Shown here one piece after another: positions 54,231-63,241 of a DNA stretch of 64,000 nucleotides (its first letter is position 1; every line of letters starts with the position of its first letter). Made by a program: the position numbers and the translations under genes. This DNA comes from a virus. The stretch lies in the IMG/VR virus record IMGVR_UViG_3300025141_014981, positions 12,290 to 76,289 of that record. One strand, given 5' to 3'. The notes beneath the pieces are model-generated. The model was not told the origin of the DNA. It ran no database searches and saw only the letters and a list, made by a program, of their open reading frames with translations.

Positions 54231-54626
54231 TTATATTATCACTTTCCAATTCTTGTACTTTGGTGTCAATGAATGACAATTTGGGCACAAGATTCTGAGG
54301 TTTTTTCTTGCATTATTCTTATTGTTTCCATCAATATGATCAAGCTGGAGGATGATGTTTCCACCAGCTCTTCGTTTATTGAATCCACATTGTGAACATG
54401 CATAACCTGCTTCTTTAAGAACTCTTTGTCGTTTCTTACCAAAGCTTAGCTTCTTCCATGGAACCTTATCCCATACAAGATTTGTGAACTGGTTACTTCC
54501 CTTCTTACCAAAATTTGGGTTGTTCTTTCCTGATACGTTTCTTTTATTAGTGTGTGCGAACGTTCTATGCATCGCAACTCCACGATTTGTCTTGAACTTT
54601 CGTTTACATAATGTGCACTTCTTCAT
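54231..54626 (-). CDS. HNH endonuclease with N-terminal C2H2-like finger
   Basis: CTLC..H...H; CSQC...LQLDHIDGNNKNN...NLRILCPNCH. Confidence 0.88.
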   Translation of the reverse strand: MKKCTLCKRKFKTNRGVAMHRTFAHTNKRNVSGKNNPNFGKKGSNQFTNLVWDKVPWKKLSFGKKRQRVLKEAGYACSQCGFNKRRAGGNIILQLDHIDGNNKNNARKNLRILCPNCHSLTPKYKNWKVII

Positions 54627-54860
54627 GCATTATATATACAAAAATTTAATTGGGAGCACGGATTTCGAACGATGAGCTCAATATTTAACACATGGTGATA
54701 GCAAACATGAGCAAAATCAACATGCCTACACCAATCACTGACGCACTAGTTGGATTATTGCTCACTGCCCACTCTGCGTCATCGATGATATCTCTTATCC
54801 ACCACTTTACTTCTTTTAAAAATTCACGTCTAGTCATCTAGTTGCTCTCCATCTCAAAGG

Positions 54861-54937
54861 TGGGCCGGGTAGGAATTGAACCTACGACCTCCGCGGCTTC
54901 ACTGCGGCGCTTGAACTACCAACTGAGCTACCGGCCC
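54861..54937 (-). tRNA. tRNA-Phe(GAA), atypical
   Basis: GGGCCGG/CCGGCCC acceptor, CCGCA-GTGAAGC-CGCGG, GTAGG-TTCAATT-CCTAC; enlarged D-loop. Confidence 0.75.
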
Positions 54938-55033
54938 ATAAAGAGATCTTGGTTGTGCTTCCTAGTGTTGCGGCAGTTACGAACACTCCACTCTATGCCG
55001 CTGCGGCTCATCAAAATCTCTATGTACATTATA

Positions 55034-55258
55034 TTACATGATATGTACACGGATATCCGTGTACATATCATCCCAAATTAATATTGTTGGTTTTCCTGAT
55101 AGTATTCGTAGTGTCTCTTCTTTCTTTTCATGATATTGCTTAGACAGGCTTTGCCCAGGCGCTATAAAAAGTATCTTGCCTACATATTCATCTGTATGTG
55201 CCCAGATTTCTTCATAACCCCATGGCTTCATGATTATCTTAGCTTTATTACTTTTCAT
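55034..55258 (-). pseudogene. Truncated cupin (mannose-6-phosphate isomerase type II-like)
   Basis: KPWGYE...GKIL.I..GQSLSKQYH.KKEET; second cupin motif absent, ORF ends in a 34-bp palindrome. Confidence 0.65.
55038..55071. repeat. 34-bp perfect palindrome
   Basis: ATGATATGTACACGGAT|ATCCGTGTACATATCAT. Confidence 0.9.
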
Positions 55259-55580
55259 CTAAATTCCATAATTTTCTATATTCAACTGGTCGACCAATTT
55301 TCTTAGCACGTTCAATTCCATACTCCATGCCTCTTGAAATTCCCAAGTCAGTATAGATAACGGATAGTTCTGCTTCATCACCCCACAAAAGACCTGCATC
55401 AATTCCAAGAATACGCTCTTCTGGAATATTATCATCTAAGATACCAGGTTGTGTATAAAGCAAGTGTGATGCAATCGGTGCCTCATCACGTAATAATGAG
55501 TCTCTCATGCATTGCCTGGCATATGCTATATTCACCTTTACATCACCAGCATATGGTGATTCTAGAATAACTTTTTTCAT
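55248..55580 (-). CDS. Conserved phage protein (nucleoside deoxyribosyltransferase-like fold)
   Basis: ILESPYAGDV..N..YAR, PIASHLLY, GISRGM..GI. Confidence 0.65.
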   Translation of the reverse strand: MKKVILESPYAGDVKVNIAYARQCMRDSLLRDEAPIASHLLYTQPGILDDNIPEERILGIDAGLLWGDEAELSVIYTDLGISRGMEYGIERAKKIGRPVEYRKLWNLDEK

Positions 55581-55879
55581 TCTATCACACCAATAAATTT
55601 ATAATCCGTACCATCATACTTGAAGCATTTGTCATTCTTGACAAGCAGTTCACTGAATGGTGCCTTACCACCGGCTAATCCCTTACACATATAACTATCA
55701 GTACAACTTTTGACACCCACAGCAAGGAATATTATAAGCAATATTGCAACAGCTCCGCCTAAAGTTAGATCTATTAAATAATCTAGATTCATATTATATC
55801 TTCTTACGAGCATGCAGAACTGATGCCATAAAGTAATGATATCATTACAAGTATGACCCCAGTGATGTCTAATGCTCTA

Positions 55880-56302
55880 TCAAGTGTCACTATTTTCTTC
55901 TTTTAGTTTCTGAAAATACTTTCTTGTATGTTCTGCACAATCAATTTTCAATGCTTCATCTACTGTGAAAAATCCTGCACCAGCACCCTCATGTAAATTA
56001 AAAGACAACCATTCAATTGTGCGATTCAATTTGAAAAAACTCGCTAAAGAACCATTGACAACATCTGTGTATAGAAATGTGATATCATCACGATATATGT
56101 GTATATCTAGTTCTTCATCTAACTCAATGATCATTGTAAGCTCTGGATCGTGACCTTCGGTCGCGCCACCAAAGAATGACCATTTGAGTGGATTGAATAT
56201 TCCCTCATTATCATCACGCATTTGTAACAGGTATTTACCTGCGCTATTTTGTATTACACAGCAGGCACCTTTTATTTCATCATTTGAGTTCATCATACTC
56301 AT
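55880..56302 (-). CDS. Nudix hydrolase (divergent box)
   Basis: YLLQMRDD, WSFFGG..E......ELDEEL. Confidence 0.75.
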   Translation of the reverse strand: MSMMNSNDEIKGACCVIQNSAGKYLLQMRDDNEGIFNPLKWSFFGGATEGHDPELTMIIELDEELDIHIYRDDITFLYTDVVNGSLASFFKLNRTIEWLSFNLHEGAGAGFFTVDEALKIDCAEHTRKYFQKLKEENSDT

Positions 56303-56939
56303 CAGGTAATTCTCCTTTCAACCTATTCAACCATGCTCTTGTCTTTACTTTACGCATCCACAGATCATGACCATGTCCACCCTTACATACAACACCTTCA
56401 TGAGTGACAGGGTATTTCCCATCCAACATATCTTCAATGAATGATTTGTTCAAGTTGCCTGTGTAAATCACTTCTGGTATATCTAAGCTACCAAATAGCT
56501 GAATAAACTCTTTAGGTCCAATGATCCCATGCTTATGTATACACACATCAAAGAGCACCAGTTTCTTTTCATCTTCTGGATCATGATATCCTGCAAATGA
56601 ATTCCTTCCAAAGAATTCACAAAACGCCGTAATACTTTGTGTGCTTCTATATTTCTTGTGCTTTCCAATTATTTTCTGCACACTTTCAGCAAATGTGTTC
56701 TCGAAGATAGAGATTGCTTCACCAAAGTCTGGATCAGAAGCATCGAATAAGCGCCTACGTGTTCCAAACTTATACCACCCACGTTTTCGTGACCATTCAA
56801 AGCGTAAGTTGCTTCCATCTAATTTGTCAAAAGCTATACAATGTTTATTGGGTGCTTTTTGTGGCCCTAATATAGTTGGGTAAGTTTTTATTTTAATTCT
56901 GCGTATTGTTGCTTCTTGTATACACCAGTCGATGCACAT
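56280..56939 (-). CDS. RNA ligase-like nucleotidyltransferase
   Basis: YPTI, FDKLDGSN, FGTR, FCEFFG, LFDV, EGVVCK, KVKT; true start uncertain (overlaps the upstream ORF). Confidence 0.7.
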   Translation of the reverse strand: MCIDWCIQEATIRRIKIKTYPTILGPQKAPNKHCIAFDKLDGSNLRFEWSRKRGWYKFGTRRRLFDASDPDFGEAISIFENTFAESVQKIIGKHKKYRSTQSITAFCEFFGRNSFAGYHDPEDEKKLVLFDVCIHKHGIIGPKEFIQLFGSLDIPEVIYTGNLNKSFIEDMLDGKYPVTHEGVVCKGGHGHDLWMRKVKTRAWLNRLKGELPDEYDELK

Positions 56940-57448
56940 TTATTACAAAGAGTTTTAAACCACCCCGATCCCCGACCCCCGCCTGTTGACATTATCACAC
57001 CTATAGCACTACAATTTTCACATGTTACTTCTGATTCTTGCTCTGCAAGAAGTATCTCTTCTGACATCTCATCTGTCTCAGATGTCATATAAAAGCGAAG
57101 TGTTCCATATTTTTCTTTTACTTGACTCGCTTTTGGGTGATAAACATTGAATTGCTTACATTCACATTTGAATTCTTGATCACTACTAAACTTAGAACAA
57201 ATAATATTTACACATCCACTATTTGTGTGTTCATTACGCTTATGGTAACATGAACACACATCAAGATTCTCTATGGTAAACTCTCTGATGAGTGCTTCTA
57301 GTTTCTCTGAAAGGGCCCATATAATATCAAACCAACCATCATCACAATCAAAACCCCAACACATACATGTTTTTCGCATTGACGTAAAACGATCTGCATA
57401 TAATAGTGGGAACGCTTTAACAAGTTTTTCGTCTAATTCTTTTTTCAT
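56888..57448 (-). CDS. Conserved hypothetical phage protein
   Basis: CDDGW, QVKEKYGTLRFY, TCENC, TLC. Confidence 0.6.
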   Translation of the reverse strand: MKKELDEKLVKAFPLLYADRFTSMRKTCMCWGFDCDDGWFDIIWALSEKLEALIREFTIENLDVCSCYHKRNEHTNSGCVNIICSKFSSDQEFKCECKQFNVYHPKASQVKEKYGTLRFYMTSETDEMSEEILLAEQESEVTCENCSAIGVIMSTGGGRGSGWFKTLCNKCASTGVYKKQQYAELK

Positions 57449-57457
57449 TCTATATAC

Positions 57458-57486
57458 ATTATATCATTCAAAATTAAAATGTTTCA
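57458..57486 (-). promoter_or_regulatory. TGAAAC-N17-TATAAT promoter motif
   Basis: Exact, extended TG. Confidence 0.75.
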
Positions 57487-58216
57487 ACAACTTTAGAAGC
57501 TTGATACGATTTGTTTGGCGCGCTTTAGAGCGACCATCTCGCTTTGATATAGGCTCACAACATATACCACACCAGCTCCCATGCCCAGGACATTTACTAT
57601 GATATTTGAATTTACCGTATTGTATCATTCACACTCAAAACACATTTCAATTCTGGTATTGTCATGACAAAACAACTTACCAGACTCTTTACTTTTTAGC
57701 ACTTTGATACAGGGAATACTCCATACACTTTCATGCTTACAAATTTTCTTTATCTCACTACTACCAACTACTTCATAAAGCTTGCATTCATTATGGCTAC
57801 TAAGTGTGCAACAATCAACATTCGTTGCTACACCTTTGGGAGCAGTTGTTCCTGTGATCGGCCCACATGACATTAGAATCAATGTCACTACTGTTATTAA
57901 TAATTTACTCATCTATCTCCTCTATATATCTGCTTGTCAAATGATACCCACCACATATGTCACAGTGGTAGTAACTAAAACCTGGTTTGCCGTTTTGATG
58001 TATCCACCACCTGACATCCCATACTCCTTCAAAATATGTCTTGTCATTACAATCTTGTTTTTTTGACTCATAAAGAATATGTTCTGATTGCGTTGTAAAA
58101 CCGGGTCTAGCGTGTGGCTCGCCACATTCTAAACACCATATAATATGATCATCTATTTTAAGATTATCTGATTTACAATTATTACAGTGTCGCATAAACC
58201 TATGATATTATTGGGG

Positions 58217-58289
58217 TGGATCGAGTCGGAATCAAACCGACCTCAGGTGCATTGCAAGTGCTCCTCGCCCTCTTGGTACATGCCGACCC
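58217..58289 (-). tRNA. tRNA-Ala(UGC), atypical D-arm
   Basis: GGGTCGG/TCGATCC with G3-U70, loop CTTGCAA, GTCGG-TTTGATT-CCGAC, A73. Confidence 0.75.
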
Positions 58290-58308
58290 ATATTTATTTC
58301 CTTTCATT

Positions 58309-58387
58309 TGGAGACAACGGCTGGATTCAAACCAGCAAAAAAACAGGATTTGCAATCCTGCGCCTTAATCATTCGAGCCACGTTGTC
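58309..58387 (-). tRNA. tRNA-Cys(GCA)
   Basis: GACAACG/CGTTGTC acceptor, CAGGA-TTGCAAA-TCCTG, U73, encoded CCA. Confidence 0.88.
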
Positions 58388-58847
58388 TTATTTATTTCTA
58401 ATCCACTTTCTCATCAACTACTTCCATTTCTTCGTAGTCATAATAATCTTTTGCGTTCTTTTCTTTCAAGAATTCTTCAACAGAACTCTTTAAACGCTTC
58501 AAATTTTCTAATTGCTCACAAGCACTATCAGTACTCATTATAGGTGCAGCATTAAATCCTGTACAAGCAAGTATATACTCTTCACCATCTTCTATCTTAC
58601 GTTCTAATTGATCATTAGTTTCATCAAACACTGGTCCAAATTTCTCAAAATCATATCCCTCGAGGAAATCAAATGTGCCGTCTTCAAGAAGTAAAGCCAC
58701 ATTAATACACCCATCTGTATTATACTCATTTGTCTTGCGTACGGCTTCATCTTTGCACATTTTAAGCATGCTCTGGATGAGGGCGTATCTAAAATCTGCA
58801 GCACCATCACTTTCTACCCAATGATTTAATCCCATGTATCCCATTAT

Positions 58848-59960
58848 CTATTCTCCATTTTCTCTTATTGTCTTTCCAACTGGAAATCTTGGTACGCCAT
58901 CTTCACTTTTTTCAAAGAACTTGACTGTAAGTTGCTTTCCAATGTAACTATTCAAGTTCTGCCAGTATTCTGCACGTAACTCTCTTGTTCCCATAGGACG
59001 AACATTAAATTCAAAACCTTCCGGTGTTACACATGTAAATACAACTGTTCCAGTGTCATCACCTATTGCTTCTTTACCACCAATAATCTTGTACTCTTCG
59101 TCAATGAACTGCTTAAGTTTAAGCAGATCTGAAGAGCGACCATCATATTTATAAGCACCCTCAAGATTTCTGATAATAAGCCCTTCATAGCCTTGTGCTA
59201 AAAATATCTTTTCCCATTTACAAATATTTTCCCATGAACCACACAACCTATCATAGACTTTGCGAACTCTACATGTGGTCCCAAGTGCACTTAGGCGGAA
59301 AAGTCGTTGTGCTGTTGAAAGTGCACTTGGGACATCATATATCCAATATTGTAAATCAGCTGTGCACTTATGCTCTTCAGTCTCTACATCACGGCGCTTC
59401 TTATATGTCCGTGTAATTTGTTGAAAGTTCCATTCTGGATGAAATAATTCTCCATCTACAACCTGCCCTTCCCCTAGAACAATTGCTAGATCTTCAACAA
59501 GCTCCCTTAAGATATTTACATCAAAAAGCTTTCCCGCTCTAGACCAAAGGGTGACGTCACCATCTTTCTTTCGAGCCAAACATCGGACGCCATCAAGTTT
59601 TGGTTGGACAGTGCAAGGATATTCAATCTTATGTTTCTGTTTAAGTGCATTCTTGGCAAGCATTGGTTTGAAGAATTCAACTTCACTCTTCTCTTCAATT
59701 GCTTCTGGATCTTCAACATACCCTTTTTCAGTTTGCCGAGTCCATTTCGAAGTTGCTTGCTTAATTGCTTGCTCTTCAGGGGTTGTCTCATTACTTTTAC
59801 CAGTATTCTTACCTTTGATTACCTTAGGTGCAGGCTGTTGTAAAGAGCCATCAAGATACCCATGCTCTGTGTGAAGCATGTTTCCTTCAGTCCAAATTCG
59901 CCATTGTTTAATTTTTCCAGTGCTTGCTTTTGCATAAAGCGTTGGAAGTTTATTTATCAT
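58848..59960 (-). CDS. ATP-dependent DNA ligase with N-terminal WGR-like domain
   Basis: PMLA, QPKLDGVRC, DGEL, YEGLIIR, RSSDLLKLK, PRFP. Confidence 0.92.
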   Translation of the reverse strand: MINKLPTLYAKASTGKIKQWRIWTEGNMLHTEHGYLDGSLQQPAPKVIKGKNTGKSNETTPEEQAIKQATSKWTRQTEKGYVEDPEAIEEKSEVEFFKPMLAKNALKQKHKIEYPCTVQPKLDGVRCLARKKDGDVTLWSRAGKLFDVNILRELVEDLAIVLGEGQVVDGELFHPEWNFQQITRTYKKRRDVETEEHKCTADLQYWIYDVPSALSTAQRLFRLSALGTTCRVRKVYDRLCGSWENICKWEKIFLAQGYEGLIIRNLEGAYKYDGRSSDLLKLKQFIDEEYKIIGGKEAIGDDTGTVVFTCVTPEGFEFNVRPMGTRELRAEYWQNLNSYIGKQLTVKFFEKSEDGVPRFPVGKTIRENGE

Positions 59961-60169
59961 TTATTTTCCTGTGCCAAAATATCCATTGCGCGCATATGCT
60001 AATGATGTTGCAGATTTAAGTAGTTCAAGTGCTGTTCGTCTAACTAATGTTTCAGCAGCTGCAGGATACCGCTCTCTTGCTAACACATATGCTTGGTCAA
60101 ATAATTCTCGAGATACACGCTCATGAAAAACATCACTCTTCTCAAAACTCATTTTCTTTCCTTATTCCT

Positions 60170-60248
60170 TGGTAGCGCTAGGTAGACTTGAACTACCACA
60201 TCACAGTGCGTATGAGACACCGGCTCTAGCCAGTTGAGCTATAGCGCC
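60170..60248 (-). tRNA. tRNA-Met(CAU), elongator-like
   Basis: GGCGCTA/TAGCGCT acceptor, GGTGT-CTCATAC-GCACT, encoded CCA; Ile2 identity not excluded. Confidence 0.85.
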
Positions 60249-60422
60249 AAATTAATCATTTTAAAATTAAAAAACATTTACAATTAGGACAGCTATGCTT
60301 AGTTGCTTCATTAAGTGCTTTCTTTATAGCTTCTCTTGCGATTCTTGCTACTTTCGAATCAACACTATAAGGTTGTCTAAGTAGTGTCTGGTTTGAATCA
60401 TGTTCTTTCATTTTATATTTCT

Positions 60423-60498
60423 TGGTAGCGGGTCCAAGAATTGAACTTGACTTACTAGTTTATGAGACTAGCGAGACCACCAGGCCTTCCCACCCGCG
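60423..60498 (-). tRNA. tRNA-fMet-like (CAU)
   Basis: CGCGGGT/ACCCGCT with 1:72 mismatch, CTAGT-CTCATAA-ACTAG, encoded CCA. Confidence 0.8.
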
Positions 60499-60504
60499 TT
60501 AATT

Positions 60505-60551
60505 TCTTCAGCATTCAGAGTGCCGCAACCTTCCATTTAGTCGACTCTGAA
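60505..60551 (-). pseudogene. 5' fragment of tRNA-Gln(CUG)
   Basis: TTCAGAG, D-arm, CGGCA-CTCTGAA-TGCTG; T-arm and 3' acceptor strand absent. Confidence 0.6.
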
Positions 60552-60567
60552 AAAACTTTATAAATAA

Positions 60568-60596
60568 ATTATATCATTCAAAGTTAAAATGTTTCA
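60568..60596 (-). promoter_or_regulatory. TGAAAC-N17-TATAAT promoter motif
   Basis: Exact, extended TG; precedes the tRNA-Gln fragment and fMet. Confidence 0.75.
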
Positions 60597-61706
60597 CACA
60601 AAATGCTGTTCTGGAAATGGTCGCGCACTATATGTGATTTCATTGAAAAATTTAAGATCGCTTGCTAGTACAATTGACCCATGACCAAGTAAGTTTATAG
60701 CAAAGTTTGTTTGGTCAATGTTATTAAACACACGACTAATCTCTGTTATCTCCTCTATTGCACCACATGGAACCACCTCGTCTGTGAATGGTGCATTATC
60801 GACATATGCGTGACCATGAATCATGTAATTCACTCTTGGGAACAAGAGATATAGAGATCTTTGTATGGGGGTGTCGACTGATGGTTTGTGATCACCATAA
60901 TAAAAATAAATGACACCATGAGTATCCTGTGATACAACAGGAACAAATGCTTCTTTGGATATGAATTTCTTATCTACATTTCGTCTGGATACATAAATTA
61001 TTGCATTGTTATTATCATCTCTAAATGATGGGAAACCACGTTGACATCTAAATGAAGCATTTCCCAAAAAACGAGATGGATTTGCTGGTTGATGCATTAA
61101 CTTGTCAAAGACAGTTGCAGATTTTTTAACAATCTCAAAGAACGCTTTATCATTTGGAACACCGGCATTCTTAGCAGTCAAGCTTGTGCTAGCAACACGT
61201 GTAAACTTTGCTAGTTGAAGTGCTCGATTCGTCATTACGGCACCAACTGTTGTAAAGTCATTTTCATAGTCTAGGAACATGTTTCCTAGTGGGTCAAAAA
61301 TTCTACCTTCGTATATATCATTATGCTTTGAAAACTCAAGAATCAAATTGCTTTTTCTTTTAAGAGCATGATTTACAATCTCTTCAAATGGATATTCATT
61401 TTCTATGTTGCGTTTCGAAGAGACAAGTATGCATTTTTTATTCTCTTGCTTGATTCTATGAATGAATTTTTCTTCAACATCGTTTGAGATATTCGGCATC
61501 CAGATGACAATGTCAAAAGCCGGTATGCTATTTAATATTCGCTCAAGATTACTAAGCATGCCACCATTATGTACATGAATATTTGCTATCTTGTAGTATG
61601 CTTCATGAATACCAAGTAAAATGTCAGAAGTGATCTTTGATTGGCGCCCACCATTATTATCCCATGTTCCGCCAACAAAAAGTATTATACGATCACGGTC
61701 GCCCAT
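60594..61706 (-). CDS. Class II aldolase/adducin-like domain protein
   Basis: GNASFR, KPSVDTPIQ, MIHGHAY, PCG, LLGHG. Confidence 0.65.
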   Translation of the reverse strand: MGDRDRIILFVGGTWDNNGGRQSKITSDILLGIHEAYYKIANIHVHNGGMLSNLERILNSIPAFDIVIWMPNISNDVEEKFIHRIKQENKKCILVSSKRNIENEYPFEEIVNHALKRKSNLILEFSKHNDIYEGRIFDPLGNMFLDYENDFTTVGAVMTNRALQLAKFTRVASTSLTAKNAGVPNDKAFFEIVKKSATVFDKLMHQPANPSRFLGNASFRCQRGFPSFRDDNNNAIIYVSRRNVDKKFISKEAFVPVVSQDTHGVIYFYYGDHKPSVDTPIQRSLYLLFPRVNYMIHGHAYVDNAPFTDEVVPCGAIEEITEISRVFNNIDQTNFAINLLGHGSIVLASDLKFFNEITYSARPFPEQHFV

Positions 61707-61964
61707 TCTTCAAACCTTTGTCAAGCTTATGAAAGACAGTGACCGGTTTCAAGTCAGGCCATGTGACCTGTGTCCATAAGTCAGGCTCAGAAAATATTGT
61801 CCAACCAATAGTCACAAGGAACATCATTGGAACACAATGTGTTATCTTTTTTACAGGACACCCTCTAACTCTATCACCAACTACTTTTGTCACCTTTACT
61901 ATGTAGTCTTGCTTACCATCCTTTGATTGATAGCGCCAATAATCATTCTTTTCAGGTTCGTTTT

Positions 61965-62477
61965 TTATTTTTTCCAATCTATATACTTTTGTGCGAGTTT
62001 CTCTTGTTTGAATGCTTGCGATTTGCTAGCATATTCTTCTATTTTCATCCACATTGAATCAGTGACATCATCACTAGCTGTCACTAATGGCTTTGGTTTG
62101 TCTGTTGGTAATTCAATGATCCAAACAGCATTGACAACATGTGCTCTTGGGTCTGTTCCTGGTTCAGAGTTTACTGTTAGCAAGTTAAGATCACTTTCTG
62201 CAAATTGTCTTAGACTAGTCTCTTCTTCTAGCTCTCTTAATGCACACTGTTCAAGTGTCTCTTTATCTGTTTCTAAGAAACCACCCGGGAATGCCCATCG
62301 ACCAGGTTCAGCTCGTGACTTTGTAGTGCGCTTCATTAGTAACACTTCACCATCATGCATCACCATTATTGTACTACATGCCGCAGGGCGCTTAAACTTC
62401 CAGTACATCCACTTTTCTCCTGGTAGCCAGTTAACTATTCCTGCCATGCCTCTCCTCATATTGTTTAGCGGCTTCAT
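61965..62477 (-). CDS. Nudix hydrolase (ADP-ribose pyrophosphatase-like)
   Basis: WAFPGGFLE...[21 protein letters not shown]. Confidence 0.88.
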   Translation of the reverse strand: MKPLNNMRRGMAGIVNWLPGEKWMYWKFKRPAACSTIMVMHDGEVLLMKRTTKSRAEPGRWAFPGGFLETDKETLEQCALRELEEETSLRQFAESDLNLLTVNSEPGTDPRAHVVNAVWIIELPTDKPKPLVTASDDVTDSMWMKIEEYASKSQAFKQEKLAQKYIDWKK

Positions 62478-62961
62478 ATAACATAATATTTGCAGTTTGT
62501 GCTGTATTTAGGCAATGCCCAACACCTGGCATGTCAATGTAAACTACATCACTATTCATGATCAACTCAACTGGAACTCCAGTTTCTTCATGACCTGTCA
62601 CAATGCAAATTGGTGAATCAAAGTCAAATTTGTATTCATCTAAAGAGACTGCGTCGTCAGTCAATTCAGCACAGACAAGCTTGATACCTTGCTCACGCAT
62701 GTGATTCAAGAATTTACTTGGATTCGAGAACTGTGTAATGTCGACATAATCATATGTGCTTCCTGAGAGTGGATTTAATATCTTTCTTGGTGGAAGCTTA
62801 CCAATGACAAACATTGACTTTGCACCAAAACATGCAGCTGCACGAATCAGGTACCCAAGGTTTCCATCATGCATAAATGAGACACTCGCTACATGAATAG
62901 GATACTTCTTTGCAACACTTAACTTGCTGTCATAGCGATCTCTGCGTGTTTCTTTTAACAT
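62431..62961 (-). CDS. TrmH/SpoU-family RNA 2'-O-methyltransferase
   Basis: [27 protein letters not shown]...[13 protein letters not shown]. Confidence 0.88.
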   Translation of the reverse strand: MLKETRRDRYDSKLSVAKKYPIHVASVSFMHDGNLGYLIRAAACFGAKSMFVIGKLPPRKILNPLSGSTYDYVDITQFSNPSKFLNHMREQGIKLVCAELTDDAVSLDEYKFDFDSPICIVTGHEETGVPVELIMNSDVVYIDMPGVGHCLNTAQTANIMLYEAAKQYEERHGRNS

Positions 62962-62979
62962 AGCAACCTTTATTAATTC

Positions 62980-63008
62980 ATTATATCATAAATTATTAGC
63001 TTGTTTCA
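62980..63008 (-). promoter_or_regulatory. TGAAAC-N17-TATAAT promoter motif
   Basis: Exact, extended TG. Confidence 0.75.
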
Positions 63009-63241
63009 TAGTCAACGATATCGAAATCCCAACCTTCTTGTTCACGGACTTCATCAATAGTTCGCTCAATACCCGCAGTCAAGTTTCTAATTACAGTCAC
63101 TTTATAACCACGATCAAGCCAACCTTTGATATTATCTTTGACACAATAGTCTGATGCGATTCCAAGCACATGAATTTCATATTCATGTGCAGGATGATTC
63201 ACAAGAAATTGATTCAAAGACAGTGGAACGTTCATACCCAT
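62996..63241 (-). pseudogene. C-terminal part of a nicotinamidase/isochorismatase-family gene cut by the GC-rich segment
   Basis: VLGIASDYCVK...GYKVTVIRNLTAGI; N-terminal half missing. Confidence 0.7.

Noticed and set aside
54651-54851. tmRNA-like element (UGGAGAGCA pairing with UGCUCCCA around a short ORF)
   Set aside because: No G3-U70 alanine acceptor or tag-like peptide; GGAGAG is more simply the SD of the small membrane ORF
54943-55020. Hammerhead ribozyme (UGAUGAG seen)
   Set aside because: Lacks the initial C of CUGAUGA and the GAAA core after stem II
1201-62481. Numerous plus-strand ORFs antisense to recognised genes
   Set aside because: Shadow frames of minus-strand genes with no motifs; only 22172-25472 looks genuinely coding on the plus strand
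1-63240. Alternative genetic code or eukaryotic giant virus
   Set aside because: Known genes are full length in the standard code with TAA, TAG and TGA stops and there is no suppressor tRNA; sigma70, SD sites, def and fMet tRNA indicate a bacterial host
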